DNA from: Octopus vulgaris
Lineage: Eukaryota
DNA length: 64,000 nt
Direction: 5' to 3'
NCBI GenBank assembly: GCA_951406725.2
Contig: OX597814.1
Span: forward strand, 77,190,001 to 77,254,000
A model generated the notes under the pieces. It saw nothing but the letters and a program-made list of their open reading frames with translations, searched no databases and had not been told where the DNA came from. The position numbers and the translations under genes were made by a program. Numbering within the stretch: the first letter of the stretch is position 1; every line of letters begins with the position of its first letter. Shown piece by piece: positions 39,948-52,649 of this stretch.

Positions 39948-42054
39948 CAACTGCTAATCAATCGTATGATCCTTGAGAACTGTCACAACAAGCGCAGAAA
40001 TCTCAGCACCGCATGGATTGACTATAAAAAGGCCTTCGACAGTATACCGCATCCATGGATCTTGAGATCGCTGGACATCTTCAAAATTTCCCCTGTGATT
40101 TCAAACTTCCTGAAGCACAATATGTCGTTGTGGAATACGAATCTCCAATTATACCACTCTAATGGAGTACTTGCCTCAGAAAATATAAACATCAACTGTG
40201 GAATTTTTCAAGGTGACTCACTTTCACCTTTAATATTCTGCATAGCCCTAATACCCCTTACAAGTGAATTAAACAGAACAGGGTATGGGTATAAAATTGC
40301 CAATAAAAAAATAAGCCATCTATTTTATATGGATGACTTAAAACTTTATGGTAAAGACAATAATGAACTTGAAGGCCTATTGCGCACTGTGAAAGCATTC
40401 AGCGATGACATCGGGATGGAGTTTGGACTTGAGAAGTGTGCCAAGGCCACTTTCCAGAAAGGGAAAGTGAAGACCACAAATTCAGTCGTGTTAGATGTTG
40501 ACACAGTCATAAGAGAGCTTGAGCAAGAACAAACATACAAATATTTAGGGATAAATGAAGGCTCTGGTATTCAGCATGCAAGCATGAAAGAGAAGATCAG
40601 GAAGGAATGTTATAGGAGAGTTCGTGCAGTCCTGAAATCTGAACTAAATGCACGTAACAAGGTGTTAGCTATAAATTCCTTAGCAGTTCCAGTTGTTACT
40701 TATAGCTACAATGTGTTGAACTGGAATATGAGTGAAGTAAAAAATATAGATAGGAAAATACGCAAGCTGCTGAGTTGTAATAGGATGCACCACCCAAAGG
40801 CAGACGTAGATCGCCTTTACCTTCCCAGAGCCAAAGGAGGACGAGGCCTGATACAATTTGAACTAGCTTACAAAACAACCACAATTGGACTGGCCAAATA
40901 TCTCGAAATATCGAATGACTGGATGCTAAAGCTCGTGGAAAATCACGAGAGACGAAAGAAGCTTCATTCTATCATCAAGGAAAGCAAAAAATTTGCTATT
41001 GATCTCGTGCAGGATACCCAAACAGAACAACCCGAGGGAAGTACGGCAATTATTGTTGCAAAGAAGGTGAAAATAATGGCAACGAAAAAAGCGCACGAGC
41101 AATTGGCTGATAGGTGGGAGGAGAAACCTCTGCACGGCAAATATGTGACCCGCAGCAAACAAGCTGATGTTGACCAGAAGCAAACCCATCAGTGGCTACG
41201 GAGCTCAGGGCTAAAAGCAGAGAGCGAAGGTTTCATCCTGGCTGCTCAAGATCAAAGCCTATTAACCCGGAACTACCAGGCCAATGTGATGAAAAATGGA
41301 GCAGACCCAAAATGCCGATTCTGCAACGACATGATTGAAACAGTGGACCACCTAATCTCTGAATGTAAAGTCTTAGCACCAGTGGAGTATAAATTAAGAC
41401 ATGACAGAGTTGGCCAATATCTCCACTGGCTAATAAGTCGGCATTACAATATCAAAACTGCCGACAAGTGGTATAATCACCACCCTGAGGCTGTAACTGA
41501 AGGAGAAAATGTAACCATTCTGTGGGACTTTCTAGTACATACAGACCGAACCATCAAGGCCAATAAACCAGATATTGTTGTGAAAGACCAAAACAATAAA
41601 GTTTGCTTATTGATCGACATGAGCATCCCCTGTGATCATAATATCTCAGCGAAAGAGTTTGACAAGCTCAGAAAATATAAAGACCTACTCATTGAAATTG
41701 AGAAAATGTGGCATCTCAAGGCGGTTACAATACTAGTGATCGTAGGAGCACTAGGAATGATCAAGAAGGGAACCGAAAATTATATGAGAATGATCCCTGG
41801 CTTACCATCCCTGCAAGAAGTGCAAAAGATTGTTTAACTGGTACATCACACGTATTGAGAAGAGCATTGTCGATGTGAGAACTGTTGCTGCTCATGTATT
41901 TTAATTTAACTTTAAAAAAAAATTTTTTTTTAAATGAACGAACTATTGAGTTTGGTTTAATGGCCTACCAATGTATACTATGAGTTTCTTTGCCCTAGGA
42001 GTCGGGAAGACACTCGGCAAGAAATGGAAGCAAATTTGAAAGAAGAAAAAAAAA

Positions 42055-42055
<1 letters not shown>
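39948..42055 (+). mobile_element. 5'-truncated Dong/R4-clade non-LTR retrotransposon inserted in (TAA)n
   Basis: 623-aa ORF 39966-41837 with WIDYKKAFDS, GIFQGDSLSP, YMDD, CCHC (CRFC..H...C), RHD and the KPD..D RLE motif. (AAT)n on both flanks, matching Dong target preference. Confidence 0.9.
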
Positions 42056-42088
<33 letters not shown>

Positions 42089-42773
42089 GCCCGTTCGAGG
42101 GATTTCTTAATCAGATCGCTATATGTAGTAGCGCTACCAGTAATAACGTAGACTTGGTATTTTGAAAATAAATGGTTCTGTAGAGAACAAAAATAACAGT
42201 AATAAGTCCGTGCAAAGGATTTAATAATTCTGTGTGGAACAAAAAATAATTCTGGTTAGAAGAAAAAAATGAAAAATATTAACGATACATTTAAAGCGTG
42301 TCATACCAGAAGATTTCAATCGTAAGTAGATATCTGTTGAAATTGAAAACGAACCAGTTGCTAAGAAAGTTAAAGTGGACAAAGAAAACGCAAGCCATTT
42401 TGAGGATACTAAACAAGTCCTCTTTGAAAATACTCCAGATAAAATATCGATGGAAATGACTAGTAAAGAACACGTTGTAGAAAGTTCTGAAATTAGAGAA
42501 TCTGAGCTATCTGTTACAGGAAAAGGTCCTTCTACTGAAAATGCTTTGTTGAGGAATCGTTCTAATGGAAACACAGGTAGCCGATCCAGTTTCTGTCGAG
42601 AAAATTATAGCAAAAGGATTTGTGGTAGAAATGAAATATATATATATATAATAATGCTGTGTAATTTTTTTTTTTTTAATCTCATAGAGGAGAGATGTTG
42701 TGGCGGACACCTCCAGATGAGAAGTGGGCTGGTCCACTACTAATAAACATTGGACTAAAACGGTCAGTAATGT

Positions 42774-45700
42774 CACTCAGCGAGCTATTTTTTCGCGTTG
42801 GTGGTATTTTTGGTTGAATCATTTGTGATTTTGAAGTAAGTCGTTTGTTGTTGTATGCTTGTTGAATGTCTATCGTGTGCGTGAACCTGGGATTTGTTAA
42901 ATTTGTTGAATTTTAAACTATTGTTGCTGTTTTTGTCTAATTTCATATTTGTTTTCTTCCCCAATTGTGGGTGAAATGGAGAAGAAAGGAGAGATGGAAA
43001 ATGAACCAGCTGGAAGTTGCGCATTAGCCACGATTAGAGAAGTATTTACCAGCACCCTGGAGGTGCGAGGAATTGAGATGGAGCCCGGAAGGTCGAGGGA
43101 GGGCGGTGAATTGATAGAAGGGGAAGGAGCCGGAGGAATTGACTAACAGTGTGGCGGAGAGGACAGTGGTGTACAGAACGTTATCCACGTCCTCTAAAAA
43201 GATAGAGGTTGCCCCAATAGAGGCAACAGAGGAGTGCATCAAGGACGTAAAGAGGCTTACCACATTTTATACGCGTGAAGGAAGGTGCCGCACGGTGGAG
43301 GTGAGGTTTGGCAACGAAGAAGCTATAAACCACTCTACTGTGCCGATAAGGACACAGGATTGGGTACTTCTGCCGACTTACTGTGACAAATGCGTCGCCA
43401 GAGTAAGAATTGGCAGAGTACCCCCACCCCCCACCCCGAGATTAAGGAAGCATGGATGATGGTAGCAGTCATGCACAGAATGGAGGATGAAGTGAGAAGA
43501 ACCAAAAAGGTTAATTGATGGGGGTGTGGCCTCGAAATGGCCATACAAGCGAGCCTAAAAGATCTGTACGAGATCACAGAGGAGATCATTCTCCCAGAAG
43601 GCGTCAGACTAGGAGTAGTAAATGGAAGGAAGACCACCAATATGTTTCTTATGTGGTCAAAAGGGGCACATGAAAGTAAGTGCTCCCAGAAAGAAAACGA
43701 AGTTTAGGAGCAGAAAAGTGAAGAACGGATTGCCGAAGTGGCAGTGCCGGAAAGGGTGAAAGATAGAGTGGAAGAATCATTCACCGTCGTGAATAGGAGG
43801 AAAAGGAAAGAACGGGTGAGCTCTTCCCCAGAGAGCCAGAAAAGGATGAAGGAGATGGAGGAGAAAAGGTACAGGTTCGAGACACCAGCAGAATCAACAA
43901 TGGAAGGTAGAATGGAAGCAGAAGCATCATTGCAACATAATGTGGAATGCTCAGACATTGACGTTTATTTCGGTGCACCAAGAGAGGAGCCAAGTGAAAA
44001 GACTCGTTCGGACAGCCCAGGTCCGTCGATGAAGCAAACCGATATTAAAAAGAAAAAAATAGCATATGATTACATATGCCAAAAGTACGGCACTCGAGCA
44101 GAAGATCAGGAAGTTTAAATCGATCATAATAGTAAGGTTGTCACCGGAGAAATATACAGAACAAACCAAGGAAATAATTATTGACCAGGAGAGATACGAG
44201 AAAATGAGAGAACTGTTCAGAGGTAGTATAGACCCCTAAGGGGTCGAAATTAAATTCAACGATTACCATCGGTCGTGGAGTATGAAGATTTGAAACGCTT
44301 AATGAACTGTTAAAAAGAGTAAAGTATGCAAAATTTTATTTAAAAAAAGAGAAAAAATAGACTTTGAAAATTAAAAAGAATGATGCTAAAATGTAAAAAA
44401 AGAGAGTGTAAGAAAGATTTGTTAATTTGTATAATTTAACTGTTAAATGGTATTGTTTGAGAGTGGGACTCAACGCAGCCATTTCATCATCATTAATTTT
44501 ATTATTTTTATGCATCTTTCATTTTTCATTTGTTTTATGTTGTTTTTTTTTTTTTTGTGGTGTTCTGCCAGTCCTTGTGCTGTCCCCTCTTTGTTATGGC
44601 CTAGGTGCCAATATAAAGAATTACACTCAGCGAGCTACGCCAGCGTTGATTTTGTATTTTGTATCGTTGCGGATAGGATATCCTTTGTTGAAGGTCCTCC
44701 TTAGTGGGGTTACCTGTTGTTGACGATTGTTTTGACTTGTGATATTATTTGCTTTTGTTTTGTTTTTTTTCACCCAGTGAGGACGAAAATTACAGTGAAC
44801 ATGGAAGAAGTACAAGCGCGTGCCGGGAGCTACGCTTCGGTAGCTGGCTGCGATAATATTGTTGCAACTCTTAAACAGCTGGAAATCAGAGGGGTGGCCG
44901 TAGACTTCGAGACAGTGAAGAACAGTGGAAAAATATTAAAAAGAGAAGGAACAAGACTGAAATTGACACCACCAGAAGTAACAAGAAACAAAGAAAAAAC
45001 AGTGGTTTACTGAACCCTCTCATTAGTAACCAAGAAAATCGAAATGGCGAAAGAGGAAGAGTTGGAAGAATGCTTGATAAAGCTAAGTGGTAATATTGAA
45101 TTTTACTGTAGAGGCAGGAAGTTTGGTACAGTGGAGGTGCACTTCACGACAGTGGAGGAAGCAGCAAGACATTCCACTGTAACCCTGAAATCGGAAAAAT
45201 GGTCACTACTGCCGACTTTCCTCGGAAGCGAGTGGCAAGAGTGAGAATTGGCAGAGTGCCCCCAGAAATCAATGAAATGTGGTTGCTAGCAGCTATAGAC
45301 ACCAAGGATGACCCGCAGGTGCTGCAAATGAGCCGTACGAAACAGCTAAATTTCATGAGGATATGGCCTAGAAATCATAATTCAGGCAACCACACTTGAT
45401 CTCCACGAGATAACGGAGGAAATTGTGCTGTCAGAGGATGTGGGACTGGGTGTGGTAGTGGAGGGAAAACTTCCGACATGCTACCACTGCAGCGAGAAGG
45501 GCCATATTAAGGGAAAGTGCCCCCTTATTGATAACCAAACACCAATGGAGGTGAGACAAGAAGAAAGCAGTAGCAACGAGAAGCTGAATGAAAATGCAGA
45601 AGAGCGAGATATAGATGAAGTCCAAGAAACACAGAATAGGAAAAGAAAAGATATCAAGAACTCTCCACCCCCCTAAGAATTCTAAAAAAAAAGAAGAGAA

Positions 45701-46385
45701 CTGAGTGACACGCAAGAATATACCAGATAGTCCAGAATCTCCAACCAAATATACACCACCACGTACATAAAGTCCTGTAACACCAATAAAATATGCACAA
45801 GCACTTACAAACACTTCACGTATACGAACAAATTCTGACCGTACAGATTCACTAATTGATTACACACAAGCAGGCACACAAGCAGACACTAGAAACACAA
45901 AATAATTATAAAAACAGAGCATATATAACACACTGTTGGACGAATGCAGCAATTGAAGAAAAAATAGGGAAGATGAAGGCAGTAATTAGAGTTATAGAAG
46001 AAGAAAACATGAGAGTCCCAGATATGGAATGCATTTTAATTTACAGGAAAAACTATAAGAATTAAAGCAAACTTTGAGAACGAAGTAAACCCATTAGGGG
46101 TAGAAATAAGATACGATCGTCTGCCACCTGTGGTAGAATTTGAAATACTGAAACCACTTTGCATTTAATAAGATAATTATTCGGATAAAATTTGGATTTA
46201 AAATAATGTAAAAATATAGTTAAAATGGCACAACTCGGAAGTGGGGTCGAGTAGTAGCCATTACATCTTCATTTTTAAATAATTTCCTTTCATTCATCCG
46301 TTTATGTGTTTTGTCCCCACTTGTGCTGTCTTGTCTGTCCCGTATGCCAATTATAGGCAATAAAAGAAATACAGTCAGCGAAGTA
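42774..46385 (+). mobile_element. Two full-length head-to-tail ORF1-only LINE derivatives (42774-44623 and 44624-46385)
   Basis: Each has a 5'UTR, a degenerate gag-like ORF (CFLCGQKGH; CYHCSEKGHIKGKC) and a 3' end. Units are delimited by CA(C/G)TCAGCGA. Confidence 0.75.
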
Positions 46386-46552
46386 CGTGAATAGTGTCGT
46401 TCGAGCGGCAAGTTCATTTGAATGAGAAATTGTTTTGTTGGTTTTCTTTTTCAAGTGCATTGTTGAACTGTTTATCTTGTTAAACTGTAGCCTGCTTGAC
46501 AGGTGTTGTTTCTGAACTTGTGTTCCTTCCCCCTATGGTGGGAAGATTGTAA

Positions 46553-46580
46553 TCTCTCTATATATAAAACTGAGAATGTG

Positions 46581-46611
<31 letters not shown>

Positions 46612-46830
46612 GTGTTTCCCTAAAACTTGAGAACTACACAACCAATTTCATTCAAATTTTACACATGCCTTACTTAAGGTCCGGGGAGTGTCATCGACAA
46701 AAAAAATCTTAACTTTTTCCCTAGGGCGACCCCACAGCAATATCATATCTTCTCCACTATTTCAGTATTACGTGTTAAAAGTTAAACAAAAACATCTCTC
46801 TTTTGTAATGCAGACACTTTCATTTTAATA
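46553..46830 (+). mobile_element. Helitron/Helentron-like non-autonomous 5' fragment
   Basis: TCTATATATAAAA followed by (TCTG)n and ACCAATTTCATTCAAATTTTACAC, a typical 5' layout. Confidence 0.45.
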
Positions 46831-47929
46831 CTGAAACTATTAAAGTGAAAGTATAATATAACAGGGATGAACCATTAATAGTGGTCATCCCTTTTGCTAG
46901 AAGAAGATCCGCTATGGTCTTATATGCTACACCACTGGTTTTCAATTCATATTAATCAAATTAATAATCAGTTTTTCACCCTTATTATGTGTGTGTATGT
47001 GTATTAGCAATTCGTATAAAACTGCATCAATGACTTGAACTTGAATAAGTGGTTTCACATAAATGGGGATAAATAAAAAAGGTTTGTTGTTATTATTATT
47101 ACTGTTTGACTATTGTAATCACGTTTGATGGTTCCTCGTCAGGGAAACGTTGTTGTGTTGAATTTGTTAAATAATTGTAAACCGCAACCCTCCCCCTTTC
47201 GGAGAAGGAGTTTTGGTTATTGTTTAAAAATTGAATTGTGTCCCTGTTTGGGGAAATTGACAATATTTTCACCGTCTTTACATTAGCGTCGTCGCTAATT
47301 GTAGCAGGAGCAATCGTATATCGCTGGGTTGAGTAGCACTGTGGTCTGAAGTTAGTCATTACAAGGACTGGAACCAAAGACCTTGGTGAAGGAATTCACT
47401 CCCTTATATACAAGTAAGGTGGCTCAAACGAGCCTAAGAAATGGGACCTTAACCAAAGGCCGTGATTGGTTGGCTTGGGACAGTGGCGCGAAATGAGTAG
47501 AGACAAATCGCGTCACATGTCAACCAATCAGGTTAGTGGTTACAACAGGAACAACTCGGCCAAAGATGGCTGTAACCTCAAACGAGATCATTCCTGTCGT
47601 GTCTTTCAAAAAGTGAGGATATCAGAAACCGCTACAGTCATATTTCAAAATGGCTGAAACTGCCATGCTACACATGCAATCACTCGAGAATTTCTGCGAT
47701 TCACCTCAGCATTCACAGTAAACTTCTCGTTCACAAACACGAGAGTTTTTCCTGTACATTGATGCTCGATGAATGACAGAAGCTTTGGGCATCTCTCGGT
47801 ACTGATTGCTTTGGCCTTGGCTGTTAGGAGGTTATGGCATCATTGAACATAGCTAGACATGCCAAAGTTCCTATTCATAGCTGTGGGCACTATGGAAAGG
47901 GACACATTGCGTTTTTTGCGAGAGTTATC

Positions 47930-48313
47930 ATGGATGTGGATGGGTTGGCTTCAATCGAGAGTTTGAGGCTAGCGAGAAACTTTCGATTGCGTTTAGAATC
48001 ACTTCTATCTTGTGTCCTTGTCTATCAATCTTTCCCTCTTCTTTAAACTGTTTATACACACGATTAACTGTTACTTTTGGAAGTTTCGTCAACTTAACAA
48101 TGTTATTGACAGTGTGCCCGGCACGTGCCAATACAACAATGGCGGAACGATTCTGTTGCTCCATGACTTTCTGTTGTCCAATTAGTTCGCTATTTACCTG
48201 AAAAATAAAGATGTAGATTAGATTTTCAAGCAAGCAAGGTTTCGTCCAAAATGAAATGTTAAACTCACTAAGGCAACTGCTTAGAATTGGTCTCAATTTA
48301 TCTGCAAGACCCT

Positions 48314-48314
<1 letters not shown>
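47930..48314 (-). mobile_element. Tc1/mariner-superfamily 5' fragment
   Basis: TA-CAGGGTCTTGCAGATAAATTGAGACC end. HTH N-terminus MEQQNRSAIVVLARAGHTVNNIVKLTKLPKVTVNRVYKQFKEEG. Confidence 0.7.
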
Positions 48315-48344
<30 letters not shown>

Positions 48345-48347
<3 letters not shown>

Positions 48348-50228
48348 TGTTGTATTTCGGGATGGTAATTCTTTTGCCAAATAAACACACGCACTATATA
48401 TTTTTTCTTCACTCGTTTATTACTTTTCTTATTTTATTATTTTAACTCCTGTTCATTGTCCGGAAAGTTTTCGTCACATAACTGTGACCTCTTCAGCGAC
48501 ACTTTTCGTTTTCGGATGTGTTCTTGCTCCACTTACTCTATTCTGTTTTTCTAAGGTCTGTATTCTTCTGTGCCCATGCGTTTGTGTCCTTGTTTGTGTG
48601 TGAGCGTGTGTGTGCTTGTGTGTGTATGTTTGTGTGTATGCTTGTGTGTGTGTATCATAGTTTTTAGTAGCAGTGTGGCCTTCACCTCAGCCCATCCTCT
48701 CCCCATTGTGCTGTTGCTGTCCCAAGACCCTCCAAAATATATAGCAAAAATAAATATGGTACAGTTCCTGTATTTCTCTGTGTACGTTTGTTCGCCCACG
48801 GTGTTGCCATTTTGGTTGTTGTTATTGTAATCGTTGTCATGGCCGCTGCTACTGTCGTTGTGTGTTGTTGTCATTATTATGGCCGTCCATGAAATTTCTT
48901 GTGTGTGTTTGTATGTGTGAATCGGTTCGCTTTATATGTTGTATATATCCATGCCCTTTATATAGTTTCATTCATTTATTTTATCTATCTCTATGTCTTA
49001 TACCTACAACTACCTACATTGGAGAGACTGTACGCAGCATAGTAGAGCGTATAGGTGACATTAGCGAGAGCTCAAAGAAGGGAAAAGCTCGTCAGTGTTT
49101 TACCAACATGCTCAGGCAGAACATGGAGGCTCGATTAATAAAATAGAGGTTAAAGTACTATCGACACATAGAAGTGACATGACATTTAGACAGATCACAG
49201 AGGCTACACACATAACAGTAGACAGACCGAGCCTCAATAGAAAACATGAGTGGAACAGTAACACCCACTACCGCCACACCACACCACAACACAACACACC
49301 ACAACACATGACTAAAGACAAAAGGGATGTGAAGTGAGAGGGAAAAATCGTAAATAATACACAGAAACACAGGGTAATACACACACAATAGATATTTATG
49401 CACTTACCTGTGATATGAGAAATGGAGATAGATGTATAAAATAAGTAAATATATAAATAGATAAATAAATATATAAATATATTTGTCACATACCTGTGAT
49501 AAATATAAGACATAGAGATAGATAAAATGAATAAATGAAACTATATAAAGGGTATGGATACATATAACATATGAAGTGAACCCATACACACACACAAACA
49601 TACACAAGAAATTTCATGGACGGCTATAATAATAACGACAACAAAATTAACAGCGACATTCAGCAGCGGCCAACACAATGTTGGCAGTAACAACAACAGC
49701 CACGAAGGCAACACCGTGGGCGAACACACGTACACAGAAGTATACAGGAATTGTACCATATGAATGAAGAAAAATATATATATTGGGGTCTTAGGACAGC
49801 AACAGCACAATGGGGGTGGGGATGGGGTTGAGGGGAAGGCCACGCTACTGCTAAAAACTATGATACACACACAATCATGCACACACACACACTCACACAC
49901 ACACACACAACCACACGCACGCACAAACAAACAAACAAACAAACAAGGACACAAACGCACGCGTACATAAAGATACAGACCTTAGAAGAACAGAATAGAG
50001 TAAGTGGAGCAAGAAGACATCCGAAAACGAAAAATGTCGCTGAAGAGGTCACAGTTGTGTGACGAAAAATTTCCGGACAATGGACATGAGTTAAAATAAT
50101 AAAATAAGAACAGTAATAAACGAATGAAGAAAAATATATATAGTGGTGTGTTTATTTGGCCCAAAAAACAAAAACATCCCGAAATACAACAATATCTGTT
50201 TCAACACACGACTTCACATCAGGAAACT
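48345..50228 (+). mobile_element. Penelope-like 3' fragment (GIY-YIG end) flanked by inverted pLTRs
   Basis: YIGETVR...H...RQITEA..I....PSLNRKHEW at ~49007-49255. 48345-~49000 is inverted relative to ~49505-50193. Confidence 0.8.
50035..50079 (+). ncRNA. Minimal hammerhead ribozyme motif (inverted copy at 48457-48501)
   Basis: TGTCG-CTGAAGA-GGTCAC..GTGAC-GAAA-AATT-TC-CGGACA. Confidence 0.6.
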
Positions 50229-50245
50229 TGCAAAACGAATTAACA

Positions 50246-50293
<48 letters not shown>

Positions 50294-50296
<3 letters not shown>

Positions 50297-50673
50297 ATCT
50301 TTTCATTTTGAAAGCCAGATTTTTCAGATTTTTCTAGTTAACTAAATAATTTGAAACTTCGTATACTGGTAGAATGTGTCAAAAGAAAACAATAATTTCA
50401 ACTAGCTTTTTTGACAAAAATGTATTTTATAAGTTTAAACGTAGTTTAAATCTGCGAATTTTAACCAATCGTATTGTCTGTTTTCATTTGAAATTATTAG
50501 CTGCATAGTGTTACTGTGACGTAGACAGCTATTTTGTGAGTGGGTAAGCAGTAAGCAAACAGCTGTGGTAGATGTGGTTATCATGGCAGTGGTGACAGTG
50601 GATGTGTATGATGGCAGCAATTATAGTGTTGGTGTTTTTGTAGAGGTGGTGGTGGTGGTGGCGGTGGCGGTAG

Positions 50674-50705
<32 letters not shown>

Positions 50706-51403
50706 AGTAGTAGTAGCATTGATTATGTTAGGATGTCTCATGGATGGTAGTGTTGAAGACATTGCAGAGTGTAGTGGTGGTGAAATTGGTGATTTTGAAT
50801 ATGATGCTGGTATTGATCTTGGGGTTGTGGTTGTAGAAGATGGTTGTGGTGGTGGCATTGGAGGTTGTAGTAATGGTTGTAGTGGTGGTTGTGAAGATGA
50901 TTCTGATATTGATAGTCTTTACATTAAGGTGGTGGCAGAGTCAGAGTAAATAATAAGAGCCCAGTTAACACAAGATTCTTAAATTTCGGAGATCATAAGA
51001 TAGAGAGCAAGAAGTTAAAAGTTCCAATACTGGCCCAATTCCTACACCCCAGATTCTTCAACTATTTTATAAGAAAGGGGTTAATGGCAGGATAGGGATT
51101 CAGCTTAAAAATAAATTGTATAACAAAAAATACATAAATAAATTACTATCCAACGATGTAATTTTAGTATGTGTGTATGTATGTATGTGTGTGTGTGTGT
51201 GTATGTATGGATCAAAACAGTTTGATTCAAATTCTGTGGTACTTATATATTCATACATACATATACATGTAGATGTATATAACATATATATATATTGTAT
51301 GTAAACATCTTTTATATATATATAATGTATGCATCTATAATTCACACACATTATAAATATATACACATATATGCATATGTATTAGAATATGTGTGTATAG
51401 GTG

Positions 51404-51473
<70 letters not shown>

Positions 51474-51836
51474 TATGTTTGTATACATGTGTGTGTACCC
51501 ATTTAGGATCTACACAAATTTGATATATACTCCACGAAGTTTACGATAAGCGGAGATGTTTACATTTTAGCTATTTACATGTTTACGTTAACTACGTCAC
51601 AAAATAGCTGTTTACGTCACAGTAACAATATTTTGAGAGGGAGTAAATAATATGAGGTCGAAAGAAAGAATGCCATTGGTTAAAATTCGAGTTATTAAAC
51701 AACGTTAAACTTAGAAATTACAATTCCGTTTTCATTTTGGTTTACAATTATGTTTTCTTTTGACACATTCTACCAGTATACGAAGTTTCAAATTGTTTAG
51801 TTAACTAAGAAAATCTGGCCTTCAAACTGAAAAGAT

Positions 51837-51839
<3 letters not shown>
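50294..51839. mobile_element. Non-autonomous TIR element (~100-bp TIRs) inside (TA)n
   Basis: TGGATCTTTTCA...GTGTCAAAAGAAA at 50294-50389 is the approximate reverse complement of ~51753-51839. Confidence 0.75.
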
Positions 51840-51882
<43 letters not shown>

Positions 51883-51891
51883 ATATACTAT

Positions 51892-51933
<42 letters not shown>

Positions 51934-52649
51934 TATATTGGATGGAGGCGATGTACTCAAAGTATGATACATAAATGGCTATTTTAATCTAATGTTATTT
52001 TTGTCGCTCACACATGCTTGTGTGTGTGTGTATGGATATATATATATACACATTTATATATAAATATATATGTATATGTATGCATGTATGTATGTGTGTA
52101 TGTATGTATGTATGTATGTATACATGTAAAAAAATTCTTACGTCACAGAAATGAAAGGTTCCTAAAAAATTTTGACATAATGTGGAATTCCGTAACGCAG
52201 AGTTGAAACGCTGTTTCATTTTTTCACCATAGAACTTCCATCATATCACTACCAAGTTTGCCATCACCCCTTCCTTCTTTATTCATGTATCTCCCCTTCC
52301 TTTCTCATTCATATGTTGTGACGGAGAAAAACGGAAGATAAACGACGCACTCTTTGCCACTTCCTTTCTTTCATTGCTATTACATTCTCACTTATTTTCA
52401 TGTAAGATCCGTCGCGATGGATCTTTAGATAAAAACAAACAAGCAAAAAACCAATAACAAAACAAACACGACCACATTTATGCATGAAAATTATTTCTAA
52501 GCATGCACAGTATAATAAGTATACAAAAAAATATTTGAAGAGAAATACGTTAGGTAATTAATAAGTACCGTAACAGGGCAAGTTCTTACCGCAAAAGATA
52601 TTGACTATTGTGTGAGAGGTGGTGGTAGAATAAGAGTTTTTGGGAGGAT

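Noticed and set aside
47085-47760. Possible solo LTR with CCAAT/TATA-like motifs
   Set aside because: No clear TG..CA ends, TSD or second copy in the window.
50529-50949. Gly/Asp/Val-rich ORFs
   Set aside because: Degenerate trinucleotide repeat inside a TIR element, with no splice or domain support.
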